The notes under the pieces were generated by a model, which was given only the letters and a program-made list of their open reading frames with translations, was not told the origin of the DNA and made no database searches. A DNA stretch of 64,000 nucleotides, from positions 1-64,000 of the forward strand of contig MRSU01005936.1 in NCBI GenBank assembly GCA_008369845.1, read 5' to 3'. This document shows, one piece after another, positions 1-9,159 of the stretch. The stretch's first letter is position 1. Each line of letters begins with the position of its first letter. Both the position numbers and the translations under genes were made by a program. Origin of the DNA: Trichomonas gallinae. Lineage: Eukaryota.

Positions 1-79
1 ATCGCGTCACTTTTCGCGAGCGAACCCCGAATCCAAAATCAGCGAATCCATCACTAAACGGCCAGTTCGCACATCCCTA
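1..79 (-). mobile_element. Possible terminus of a hAT-like DNA transposon/MITE, continuing beyond the window start
   Basis: GC/CpG-rich block ending abruptly near 80. The minus strand from 79 reads TAGGGATGTGCGAAC, resembling the hAT/Ac-type TIR start (C/T)AGGGATG. CGAATCCA is repeated at 28-35 and 43-50. The other end is not visible. Confidence 0.4.
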
Positions 80-266
80 GATATATTGTGTCAATTATTG
101 ATTTTTAAAAAAATAAATAATTTTTTGAAATTAATGATTTAAATCGCTTTAATACTTAAAATCCAATTCAAATTCAACAGAATCAAAGAATTGTAGTAAA
201 AAAATAAGAGGTTATTGCAAATAAAAATAACAAATAATTATTTATAACAATATCGCAAAACAAATA

Positions 267-1184
267 TTAGAAGTCAATATTAATTTCCTCTGGCTCTTGT
301 TTCTCGCTCATTGTGCGAGCTGTTTCCTGTTGAATATCCATCATTTGACTTTGCTGAGTTAAATACTTAACTATCTTCTCTCTCTGCTCGTTTATAATGT
401 TGTTAAGCAATTCTACGTTTGATTCGAACTTTTCGCTTTGTTCATTCAAATTTGTTGCGATTAAATTGTATTTTTCGACTCTATATCTCTTATTATCATC
501 TATTTCGACTTTAGAAAACTGTATTGATTTGCCTTCTTTGTTTCTTCTCATTAATTCTCTTTCGATGTTATTTCTCTCAAGTTTCTTATAGTGAGCTATG
601 ATTTTGTCTTTGAAATCTCTGTTAGAATTCTTTATCTTATTGATTTTTGCATCTATTTCCTTCACATAATCATCCTGAATTATCGCGTTTGCATTTTTAA
701 GCCTTTGCATATTATCTGCACCGTTTGCTTGGTGGTCTGCTATGGCATCTTGTATGCGCTGATACTCGCAGTAGGCCATTTTAAGCTCTTCTTGCAGCTC
801 AAAGACTAAAGTTCCTTTGTCATTAGTTTTAATTAGCTCTATTTGCTTTTCTAGCTGCTCTTTTGTATCTTTGGCTGCTTGTATGGATCTGTTGAGTTGG
901 TCAGTTCGCGTTTTGAAGGAATTCGTTGCTTTAACATCCGCTGTATATGAAACTGTTTTATTTATAGCTTTTGTTTTAGAAGATATTTGATCTTTAACTC
1001 TATTTAGTTGCGTTTTCAATATTTTTGTTTGCTGATCGACTTGTGAAGTTTTAACCCTCAAATTTTGTATTTCAGACAATGTTACTGTTTTCTGTTGTGG
1101 TTTAAGCTTTTCTCCAGTCGTAGTTCTAGATGTTTTGATAACTTTTACGCCTGATTTCGGCCTAGAAGTCGAATTTCCCTCCAT
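267..1184 (-). CDS. Hypothetical coiled-coil protein (305 aa)
   Basis: Long ATG-initiated ORF, K/Q/E-rich heptad character; AAAGTGAC on the coding strand at 1213-1220. Confidence 0.85.
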   Translation of the reverse strand: MEGNSTSRPKSGVKVIKTSRTTTGEKLKPQQKTVTLSEIQNLRVKTSQVDQQTKILKTQLNRVKDQISSKTKAINKTVSYTADVKATNSFKTRTDQLNRSIQAAKDTKEQLEKQIELIKTNDKGTLVFELQEELKMAYCEYQRIQDAIADHQANGADNMQRLKNANAIIQDDYVKEIDAKINKIKNSNRDFKDKIIAHYKKLERNNIERELMRRNKEGKSIQFSKVEIDDNKRYRVEKYNLIATNLNEQSEKFESNVELLNNIINEQREKIVKYLTQQSQMMDIQQETARTMSEKQEPEEINIDF

Positions 1185-1335
1185 TTTGAATTTTTTAAAA
1201 AACGAATTTTATGTCACTTTTTGTTGTTAACGTCCAGTATTTTTTTTTTACATTTTGCAGAATAACTGCGCAACAATAAAGTATAGACATTCATTCCCAT
1301 TTTTTTCCATATAACTATATATCAATTTTGAATTT

Positions 1336-2817
1336 TTATTTTCCAAAAGCATTTTCTTCAAATAGTTCTAAACATCTGTCTTTCTTCGGTGAGTTCCTTG
1401 TGGGTGGGGTTGGTGTAGCAGGGATTCTGACAGAGGAATTCGTTCTTGTTCTTTGAGCATTAGAAAGGTCCATTTGCAAAGTTGTTATCTTTGTTTGTTG
1501 CTCATTGGCTTTAGCTGTTTCCATCTCTAATTCTCTTTTAAGCTGATCTCTTCTTTCTTGAAGAAGCTTTGTTGCTGCTTTCTTCGCTTGAATGAGTTCC
1601 ATGGATCGAGATGTTTCATTCTCGACTTGGGCTTTTGACATTTGATAGTTATTTTTCTCCTCCTGGATTTTTTGTTTTGTCATTGCAAGTTGAGCTTCAG
1701 CATCTCTTACTGCAGATTCCTTCATTGCAATAATCTGCTCAAGTTCTTTGTTCTTTGATTCAAGCTCATTATTTTGACTTTTGATGTCTTGAAGTTTCTG
1801 CTGTAGCATTTCTTCTTTCTTTTTCTCGTTCTCAAGATTTGTTTGTGCTTCAACGACATCTTCTTTGAGCTTCTGTTCTTTTGATAACTCTTCTTCAACT
1901 TTTTTCCTGTAATCTTCCAGTTCTTTCTGCACATTCATCAACTCCTCGTTGTCTTTTTCTTGGAGTTGCCTAGAGAGTTCTTGCTCTTGGACAGTTTTTT
2001 GCACTTGTTTTTCGACTTCTTCAAGTTCTCTCTTTAGGTTGGCGATGAGTAATCTTTGCTGCTCTTCTTCCGATCTTTTTCTTTCGATTTCTTTCCTCTT
2101 TGATGTAATATCATCTTGTAATGTTGTATTCATTGATTTTATCTGGGATAGCTTAGTTTCTTGTTGAGCGATTTCATCTTTATGTTGTGCAAGCTCCTGC
2201 TGGCGAGCTTCTAATTCTTTATTAAGAGATTTCAAATTTTCTTCAAGTTCATTATTCTCTTTAATTAAGTTTTCTTTTGATTTTGTAAGTTCTTCTATTC
2301 TTGCTTTCATCGCATCGCGATTAGCTTCAAGTTCGGCGAGTTTCTCTCTTAATGCAATTTGGTCTGTTTCAATCTGATCATTTTGAGTCTTGAGCTCATT
2401 TATTTTTGTTTTTTGATCTTGGGACTGTTTAACATAGCCTTGTATAGATTCTTCAAGATTTTTGAATTTCTCGACGTTAGATATGTATTCTTTTTGCAAC
2501 CGAGCAGTTTGTTCATTGATTGTATCCTTTATTTGTTTAAGTTTTTCAAGCTGTTGTAAAATTGGTTGAAGAAGCTCAAGTTTAGCTTTATCATCGGTTT
2601 GCAATCCATGTAACTCATCTTGAGCTGCTTCTAATAGTCTTAACGCATCCATTTTCTCTGAATTTGCGATTTCAAGACTGTTAACCAGAGAACTTAAAAC
2701 TGGCGAGATTCCACTCGTTGGCGGAATCTTCTGGGTACTTGGAACTGGATTCTGATATGGTCTAGAGTCTTGTTCTCGTGGAATTGATTGAAGAAAAGAA
2801 AGCGTTGACCTTTTCAT
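1336..2817 (-). CDS. Hypothetical long coiled-coil protein (493 aa)
   Basis: E/K/Q/L-rich continuous coiled coil between Pro-rich termini; stop in TAAA context. Confidence 0.9.
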   Translation of the reverse strand: MKRSTLSFLQSIPREQDSRPYQNPVPSTQKIPPTSGISPVLSSLVNSLEIANSEKMDALRLLEAAQDELHGLQTDDKAKLELLQPILQQLEKLKQIKDTINEQTARLQKEYISNVEKFKNLEESIQGYVKQSQDQKTKINELKTQNDQIETDQIALREKLAELEANRDAMKARIEELTKSKENLIKENNELEENLKSLNKELEARQQELAQHKDEIAQQETKLSQIKSMNTTLQDDITSKRKEIERKRSEEEQQRLLIANLKRELEEVEKQVQKTVQEQELSRQLQEKDNEELMNVQKELEDYRKKVEEELSKEQKLKEDVVEAQTNLENEKKKEEMLQQKLQDIKSQNNELESKNKELEQIIAMKESAVRDAEAQLAMTKQKIQEEKNNYQMSKAQVENETSRSMELIQAKKAATKLLQERRDQLKRELEMETAKANEQQTKITTLQMDLSNAQRTRTNSSVRIPATPTPPTRNSPKKDRCLELFEENAFGK

Positions 2818-3069
2818 TGATTTTAATTAATTTTGATGTTGTGATAACGATTATTTAACCCTCAAATATCACATCAATGCAAACGTTCTTGATATAAAGT
2901 CAGCATAGATAGGAATAGCAGAATTCCCAAAAATTTGCTCGAATTCATTATTTTCTAAATTTCAAAAAATAAATTTCATTTTTAAATACAAATTACAAGT
3001 TTATCAACATATATATATTAATATAACTTTATGTTTTATTTATACATAAATCTACAAACAATTATAAAA

Positions 3070-4479
3070 TTAATTTTCAACGGCTGCTGAAACAAGAGAA
3101 TGCAAGAATTGAAGCTTAGACAATAAATCAGGAATTGTTGTATTCGCAAAGACTGTTTCGCATTGCTGCTTACATTCAGGGCAAATGAGCATATCATCAG
3201 TATGCTTTCCATGGTGTCTGCAAATGGAATGACCGCACGGAACAAAAGTCATTGGACCTTTTACAGGTTTCAAGCACTCGAAGCAAGTGTATGAAGACTC
3301 AGCAGCAGTGACAGCTGCATCAATCATTTCAAGAGAGTCCCTCAAATTCTTCTGTTGTCTCTCCATCTTCTCTCTACGCGCTTGTGCGTTCATTCCTTCG
3401 AGTTCTTGAAATTCGTTTTTAAGTTTTTGAGCTTGTTCACGCGCTTCTTGCTCATCTTTCGTGAGCTGCTCAATTTCAACTTGAAGAGCTTGGTTTTCTG
3501 CTGTCAGCTGCCTGACTGTAGCAAGGTGGGACTCTGGGACTGATGTATATTCCTGGATTTTTTGCTTCGTTGCTTCGATTTCTTCTTTTGTTTGTTCTAG
3601 CTCTCTTTTCACTGCTTCCGCGCGTCTCGATATGAGCTTGAACTTCTCGTTGTGTCTCTGCAGCTGTCCTTGCAATAATTTCGTTTCCATTTCACCTTTT
3701 TGGAATGTTTCGTAAACATCATTTCTTCTTTGTGTTGCCTGTCGAGTCCTTTCACGCCAGTCAGCGACTTGTGTGTCGAACTTGGACTTTTCAGCTTCTA
3801 GTCTTTGGTTTGTGTCTTGTAGCTGCTGTTTAAGCCTTGCTTGGTTTAATGTTAATCTATCAATTTGCTGCTGCTTTCTTTGCTGTTCAAGACGAAGGTC
3901 TTGGCCATCAGAGTTCAGTTTATTCTCCAAATCTTCCATAGTTAGCTTCAGTCTCTGAATCATCTGCAATTTTGCTTGAAGATTCTTTTTCAAGTGTTTG
4001 TGGACTGAATTTTTGAATTCTTTGCTTTCATTCAGCTTCTTTAATTCTTTCTGTTGCTTGTCGAGTTCTTTTTGATATGCTTCAGTGCTTTCTTGGATTT
4101 TATGTAAAGCTGCTTCTTCATTTTGTAATTCTGTTGTCAATCTTTCGCTTTCTTTTCTTGTGTTTGCAAGTATTTTAATGAGATCTTCATATGGTCCTAT
4201 ACGAGATTGAAGAGATTTGAGATTTGCATTTGCTTCGTTGAGTTGATTTGTTAAATCACGTTCATAAGCAGGATCTCCTTGACATAATATTTCGACATTG
4301 TTAATATTACGCATAACAGTGCTGATATCAGATTCAAGTTGTTTCGTTATTAATCCATTCTCGAAATAATGCTTTTTTACTATATGCACCATCTGCTGCT
4401 CATCTTGAGTGAGGACATTCAGCTTGAGAACATCGTCCAAAGGGTTCAAATTTTCGTTCTTCCTCGAACTTTCACTCAT
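3070..4479 (-). CDS. Coiled-coil protein with C-terminal RING finger (putative E3 ligase)
   Basis: CFEC-x11-CGHSIC...CPEC near the C-terminus, after about 390 aa of coiled coil. Confidence 0.85.
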   Translation of the reverse strand: MSESSRKNENLNPLDDVLKLNVLTQDEQQMVHIVKKHYFENGLITKQLESDISTVMRNINNVEILCQGDPAYERDLTNQLNEANANLKSLQSRIGPYEDLIKILANTRKESERLTTELQNEEAALHKIQESTEAYQKELDKQQKELKKLNESKEFKNSVHKHLKKNLQAKLQMIQRLKLTMEDLENKLNSDGQDLRLEQQRKQQQIDRLTLNQARLKQQLQDTNQRLEAEKSKFDTQVADWRERTRQATQRRNDVYETFQKGEMETKLLQGQLQRHNEKFKLISRRAEAVKRELEQTKEEIEATKQKIQEYTSVPESHLATVRQLTAENQALQVEIEQLTKDEQEAREQAQKLKNEFQELEGMNAQARREKMERQQKNLRDSLEMIDAAVTAAESSYTCFECLKPVKGPMTFVPCGHSICRHHGKHTDDMLICPECKQQCETVFANTTIPDLLSKLQFLHSLVSAAVEN

Positions 4480-5249
4480 GAAAAAAATTATAACGTGTTA
4501 TTTTCCCAATTTTCATTGTTTGTACTATTTACATCAACGATTTCACTTTTTCTCATTAAATATCACCAAAATATTAAGAATTTATACTTTTGACAAATAA
4601 ACTACATATTTGACAAATAAATTTAAATTATTGACATAAATCTAACATATTGTTATTCAGCATTTAATTAGACCAATAAATGAAATTGAGAAATTCTAAT
4701 GTATAGATCATATAATTGAATATTATGCCTATTTATGTAATGAATTTCATGTTTAGTTATTCGGTATTGATTGGAAATCAACGAGAATAAATTAATATTA
4801 GTTATTTCTCGTTAATAATCATAGGTTATCTATAATTTATCATAAAAGCCAATACTGTCTTGAAAATACTGAGAAATAACAAAATCAAAAATATCTGCTA
4901 TATATCTATAAAAATACTTGCATTATCAGATAATATGCTATAGAATAGCCTATTTTAAATTGAAAATCAAAAGTTCAATAATCAGAAATAAGAAAAGCAT
5001 TCAATCCCAAGATATATCAACAAATATTTCAATGTACATTATTTCTTTAATTTAATGAATATCTACTGTTTTATCAGTTAGACAAACTTGAAAAATACAA
5101 AGAGACTCAGTAATGTAAATGAAAAATTATATCTGTAGATATTTAAGACAAAAAAAGAAGAAAAAAGCTTTTTCAGCGTAATATTAGGCACATTATTATG
5201 AGTTGATGACTTGTAAAAACGTTCTACGATAAAGTATCAAATATTTAAT

Positions 5250-5621
5250 TTACTCAGTGATAACTGAAACTTCGACTTGAACGTCTGGCTCGATAGCGAT
5301 CTGTGTGACTTGCTTAACAGCTTCAGCGTCACCCTGGAAGTCGATGACACGCTTGTAGATGCGGAGTTCGAAGTGATCATATGTTTCAGTACCGTTACCG
5401 CATGGAGCACGACGTGTTGTGATTCTCAGGCGGCGGCGTGGCATTGGGATTGGGCCGCGGACCTCAAGATTGGACTTCTTCAGCTTGCCGATAAGATTGC
5501 CGCAAACTCTCTGAAGATTTGGAAGCTTAGAGGATGTGATTGTGAGGCGGATCTTCTGGACTGGAAGATTCTCAACGATCTCCTTCTTTTCATCACCTGT
5601 TGGAACGACGCGGTCAGCCAT
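5250..5621 (-). CDS. RPS20: 40S ribosomal protein S20 (uS10); true start probably ATG 5621 (MADRVV...)
   Basis: KIRLTITS...VRGPIPMP..RLRITTRRAPCGNGTETYDHFELRIYKRVID matches eukaryotic uS10; GC-rich codon bias. Confidence 0.97.
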   Translation of the reverse strand: MADRVVPTGDEKKEIVENLPVQKIRLTITSSKLPNLQRVCGNLIGKLKKSNLEVRGPIPMPRRRLRITTRRAPCGNGTETYDHFELRIYKRVIDFQGDAEAVKQVTQIAIEPDVQVEVSVITE

Positions 5622-5628
5622 TTCTTGG

Positions 5629-5633
5629 AAAGG
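5629..5633 (-). promoter_or_regulatory. CCTTT (M5-type) core promoter element
   Basis: Coding strand reads GGCCTTTCCAAGAAATG. CCTTT is the element described just upstream of Trichomonas ribosomal protein genes. Confidence 0.7.
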
Positions 5634-6150
5634 CCAAGCCAAACAGAGTAATTCAATCTTTATCGTTCCGTCAGCAAACTATTTTTTCCTTTCATTTTCA
5701 TATCTATTACAACTCTACTATGCTATATCAAGCCATATTTTTGATTAAAAGAACAGTTTAGTAGTCCATTTGGTAAATTGCCGCTTTACATTTTACTTGA
5801 CAAAAATGCCAAATATTTGTCATTTTACATTACATTTTTCTTCACGCATCCAATATTATCTGTTTCATTCATGTAAAGGCTGCATGGAGTGATGTATTGA
5901 ACTAAAAATTATACAACACAAAATTTAAAGCTCGAATTTTAATAGAATAGCTAATATTTTATATTTTAACACGAATTCAAAACCAAATGATTCCATATGA
6001 TTACCAAAGTAGATAAATCCTCATATAGACTCAAATTTTGCTAGTATTCATTACTCATTTCGAATTTATATTTTTTTATAATATGATTATTTGAAAAAAT
6101 CGTATGAAATAGAGAAAATAAGCCAGTAATTAAAGTACATACAAACATTT

Positions 6151-7791
6151 TTATTGGTTTTGTGCTTCTTCTTTTTTCCTTTTGATTCTTTCAAGTTTCT
6201 TCTTTGTGCTGGCAACAATTTGGTTTGTTAACTCTTCAGGCTGTGCTTTAGATGATTTTGCAGATGTGCGCTTCATTTCTATAACTAATAAGTTAAACAT
6301 TTCGCTTTCATTCTTTAATTTTCTCTCCATTGATGAAAATTGCTTAATTACTTTGTCTATTGGCTCCTGTCTAACAAAATTCTGTATCTCGTTGAGACAG
6401 TCATTTACTTCTGATAAAAATGACTTGCTAACGATTTTTGTTTCCGAATTTTTCATTAATTCATATTGTTGGTTCATTTCTAGCTTTTGGAAAGACTGTT
6501 CGATTTCATCAATCTGCTCACATTGATCTTTAACTGTGTTTTCTAGTTCTATCTGTCTAATCTTGAGATTTTGAATTTGTTTTTGAAATTCGAGAATTCT
6601 TGTGGACTCGCTTGTTGTCATGAGATCATGTGATTTATGCTCCTGTTCTAGTTCTGCTATCACAGCAGCAGTTGAATTCTTGTAGTCTGTTTGCAAATTT
6701 TTCAAATTTCTCAAGAACGCGCGTAATTCGATTTCTTGGCGTTCAATTTGTGTCTTTCTGATGCTGTTTACATCCATTATTGTAGATTTTATCAGTTTCA
6801 CGTTGTCATCGATGATATTTGAAACATCTTGGCATAAAGTGTCCAATTTTGCTGATGAGTTAACTTTTGGTGTCGAAATAACTTCATTTATCTCGTTAGA
6901 TATATCTTGCAAGAATAATTCAATGTTATCTACGTTTGTTTGGGGAGAATCTCTCATCAAAATTGTGAATTCGTTCATAAAAAGTCTTTTGAATTTGGAA
7001 ATAATATTATCCATATCAGAAGCAAACGAATTCATGACATTATTAACATGTTTTTCAGCTTTATTTTCTTCGAATTCTAATGAAGCTTCAGATTGCGTTA
7101 CTATCTTTTCTTTGGTATCTGCTTTGTTGAAATCGATCTTTTTCGTCAATATCTCGGTCCTATTTTGATCAAAAATATCATTTTCGTCAATTTTCATTGA
7201 TCTTTTAGGGCTGGACTGTTCATGCACTAAAGGACTCTGTGATTTGCGTTCTGGTAGTACTTTATTTGAGCTAGGAACAGGCATTGAGCTTAATGTTGCC
7301 CAAACATCATCATCTGAATTTAAATCGTTTTTCGTTGTCTTTTCGGGAGATTTAGCGTTTTTAGTAGGAGATAGATCGTTTTTGCTGCTCAAAACTCTTG
7401 CTGGCAAAAAACTGCTTTTTTGATTTGAAGTTTTTGTAATATCTGGCGAAACATCTGAAGACATCTTTTCTGGATTAAAATCAGAGTTGGTCAACAATGT
7501 AAAACCTTCGAATCCTGTAGTTTTATTATTAATCGTTGTATCATTTGCTTTAAAGAGCCCGGTAGGCAGGAATCTGGATCCACCAGCCATACTGTCGGAT
7601 TTATCTTCTGTATTTTTCTTCTTATCTAGGTCACCGAAATTTAAAAAACTTTTTCTCGTAGGAAGAGTTGATTTTGAAGGGTTATTCGTGTTTTTTGTCG
7701 GTGTTGGTGGGAGTTTGAACTCATCTACAGGACTAAAGTCGGAAAATGGATCACTTTCGCCAAAATCTACGACTTTTCCACCACTTTTCAT
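6151..7791 (-). CDS. Hypothetical protein, disordered S/K/P-rich N-half and coiled-coil C-half (546 aa)
   Basis: Long ORF; Inr-like GTCACTTT on the coding strand at 7816-7823. Confidence 0.85.
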   Translation of the reverse strand: MKSGGKVVDFGESDPFSDFSPVDEFKLPPTPTKNTNNPSKSTLPTRKSFLNFGDLDKKKNTEDKSDSMAGGSRFLPTGLFKANDTTINNKTTGFEGFTLLTNSDFNPEKMSSDVSPDITKTSNQKSSFLPARVLSSKNDLSPTKNAKSPEKTTKNDLNSDDDVWATLSSMPVPSSNKVLPERKSQSPLVHEQSSPKRSMKIDENDIFDQNRTEILTKKIDFNKADTKEKIVTQSEASLEFEENKAEKHVNNVMNSFASDMDNIISKFKRLFMNEFTILMRDSPQTNVDNIELFLQDISNEINEVISTPKVNSSAKLDTLCQDVSNIIDDNVKLIKSTIMDVNSIRKTQIERQEIELRAFLRNLKNLQTDYKNSTAAVIAELEQEHKSHDLMTTSESTRILEFQKQIQNLKIRQIELENTVKDQCEQIDEIEQSFQKLEMNQQYELMKNSETKIVSKSFLSEVNDCLNEIQNFVRQEPIDKVIKQFSSMERKLKNESEMFNLLVIEMKRTSAKSSKAQPEELTNQIVASTKKKLERIKRKKEEAQNQ

Positions 7792-8373
7792 TCTAAAATT
7801 TTTAAACGTAAACTAAAAGTGACATAATATTTTTTCTTTTCTTAGTTTGTGAACTTCTTCTTGCTGTGCATCCACTTGTTCTATGTTTTTATTTATAATC
7901 TTTGCTTTGCATTTGCCATGTAATTTCTTGACTTGTTTCATGAGCTACTCTAATTCCGTATCGATATAAAATTTTATCAATAAAATTGATTATATCAAAG
8001 CTAAATAGAATCAGCAATTTGTAGTTTTGATTTAGCCCCGACAATCTATGTTATCATATAAATTTGAAAATAGTTTTATACATTCATTTGCTTCGAATAT
8101 AAACAGATTTACTTTGAATATACTTACATAATGATTATAGATATGAAGCAAATTAACTTTGATTAACTAATTAGGCAAATTTGCTTGATTTTGTTTTTAC
8201 AATTTCATTGAGAATTGTTTTTATCAAGCTTAATTGAAAATGACAGGTATTACAGATATATAATAATATCTTTAACTTGAATTTAGTTTTATAAACAGTT
8301 TATTATAAATAACATAACTTACAATCTATCATGATGTGCACAACAGTAGCTAAATGAAAGAGAAAAGAGTCAA

Positions 8374-8847
8374 TTAAATTGATTGAAATTGCCACTTGTT
8401 TGTTCCTGTTGTATCTGGCTGCGGTTCAAATGTAGCTGGCTGCGAAGGCACGTATTCTCCACTGGATCCCGGTAAACGAGTTTGTTCATATCTATCAAGT
8501 TTGCTGAAGAAGACCATCATCTGTTTTTCGAGAACTTCAAGCTTTTTGTTGTGTAAGGCTAGCTCGGATTTGAGTTCTTGATTGTGAGATTCTAAAGATT
8601 TCAATCTTTCAATTAATTGCTGCGTAGTTTGTTGAGGAATGGCTTGCTGAGTTACATTCTGCTGGTTATACTGCATTGGTTGTTGAGGCATTTGCTGAGA
8701 AAAAGGAAGTTGTGGAGAAACCGAAACTTGCTGGTGATAAACAGGAGTGGATTGAGGATGTGGTACATAAGCACCATATTTCTCACTAGAAGACTTCTTA
8801 ACCTTCCTCTGCCTTTGAACACCAATAGCTTGAAAATTGTAGCTCAT
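8374..8847 (-). CDS. Hypothetical Q/P-rich protein with short coiled coil (start ATG 8847, 157 aa)
   Basis: The ORF-track start is non-ATG; the first ATG follows Inr-like GTCACTTTTCATA (8860-8848). Confidence 0.8.
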   Translation of the reverse strand: MSYNFQAIGVQRQRKVKKSSSEKYGAYVPHPQSTPVYHQQVSVSPQLPFSQQMPQQPMQYNQQNVTQQAIPQQTTQQLIERLKSLESHNQELKSELALHNKKLEVLEKQMMVFFSKLDRYEQTRLPGSSGEYVPSQPATFEPQPDTTGTNKWQFQSI

Positions 8848-9159
8848 TATGAAAAGTGACAATATGTTTTTTATTTACATGGCAAAAAAATAATCTACAA
8901 AACAAATTTTCACAATTTGAAACATTTACATGTCAAAATTATATCAATAACGTTTTGAGCTTCATTGGACTAAAATATATTATTTCTAGAGGTTATGTTC
9001 TTGAATATTTAACTTCAATGAGATTTTTCTGTATTAAATTTTTGCATTTTTGCATTTATTGTTTTATCTGTGTTGGCAATTTAGATAATATCATAAAATT
9101 CAATTTACAAACAGTTTTTCTTTTCTCACAACATTTGAAGATTAATGAAAATAAAAAAA

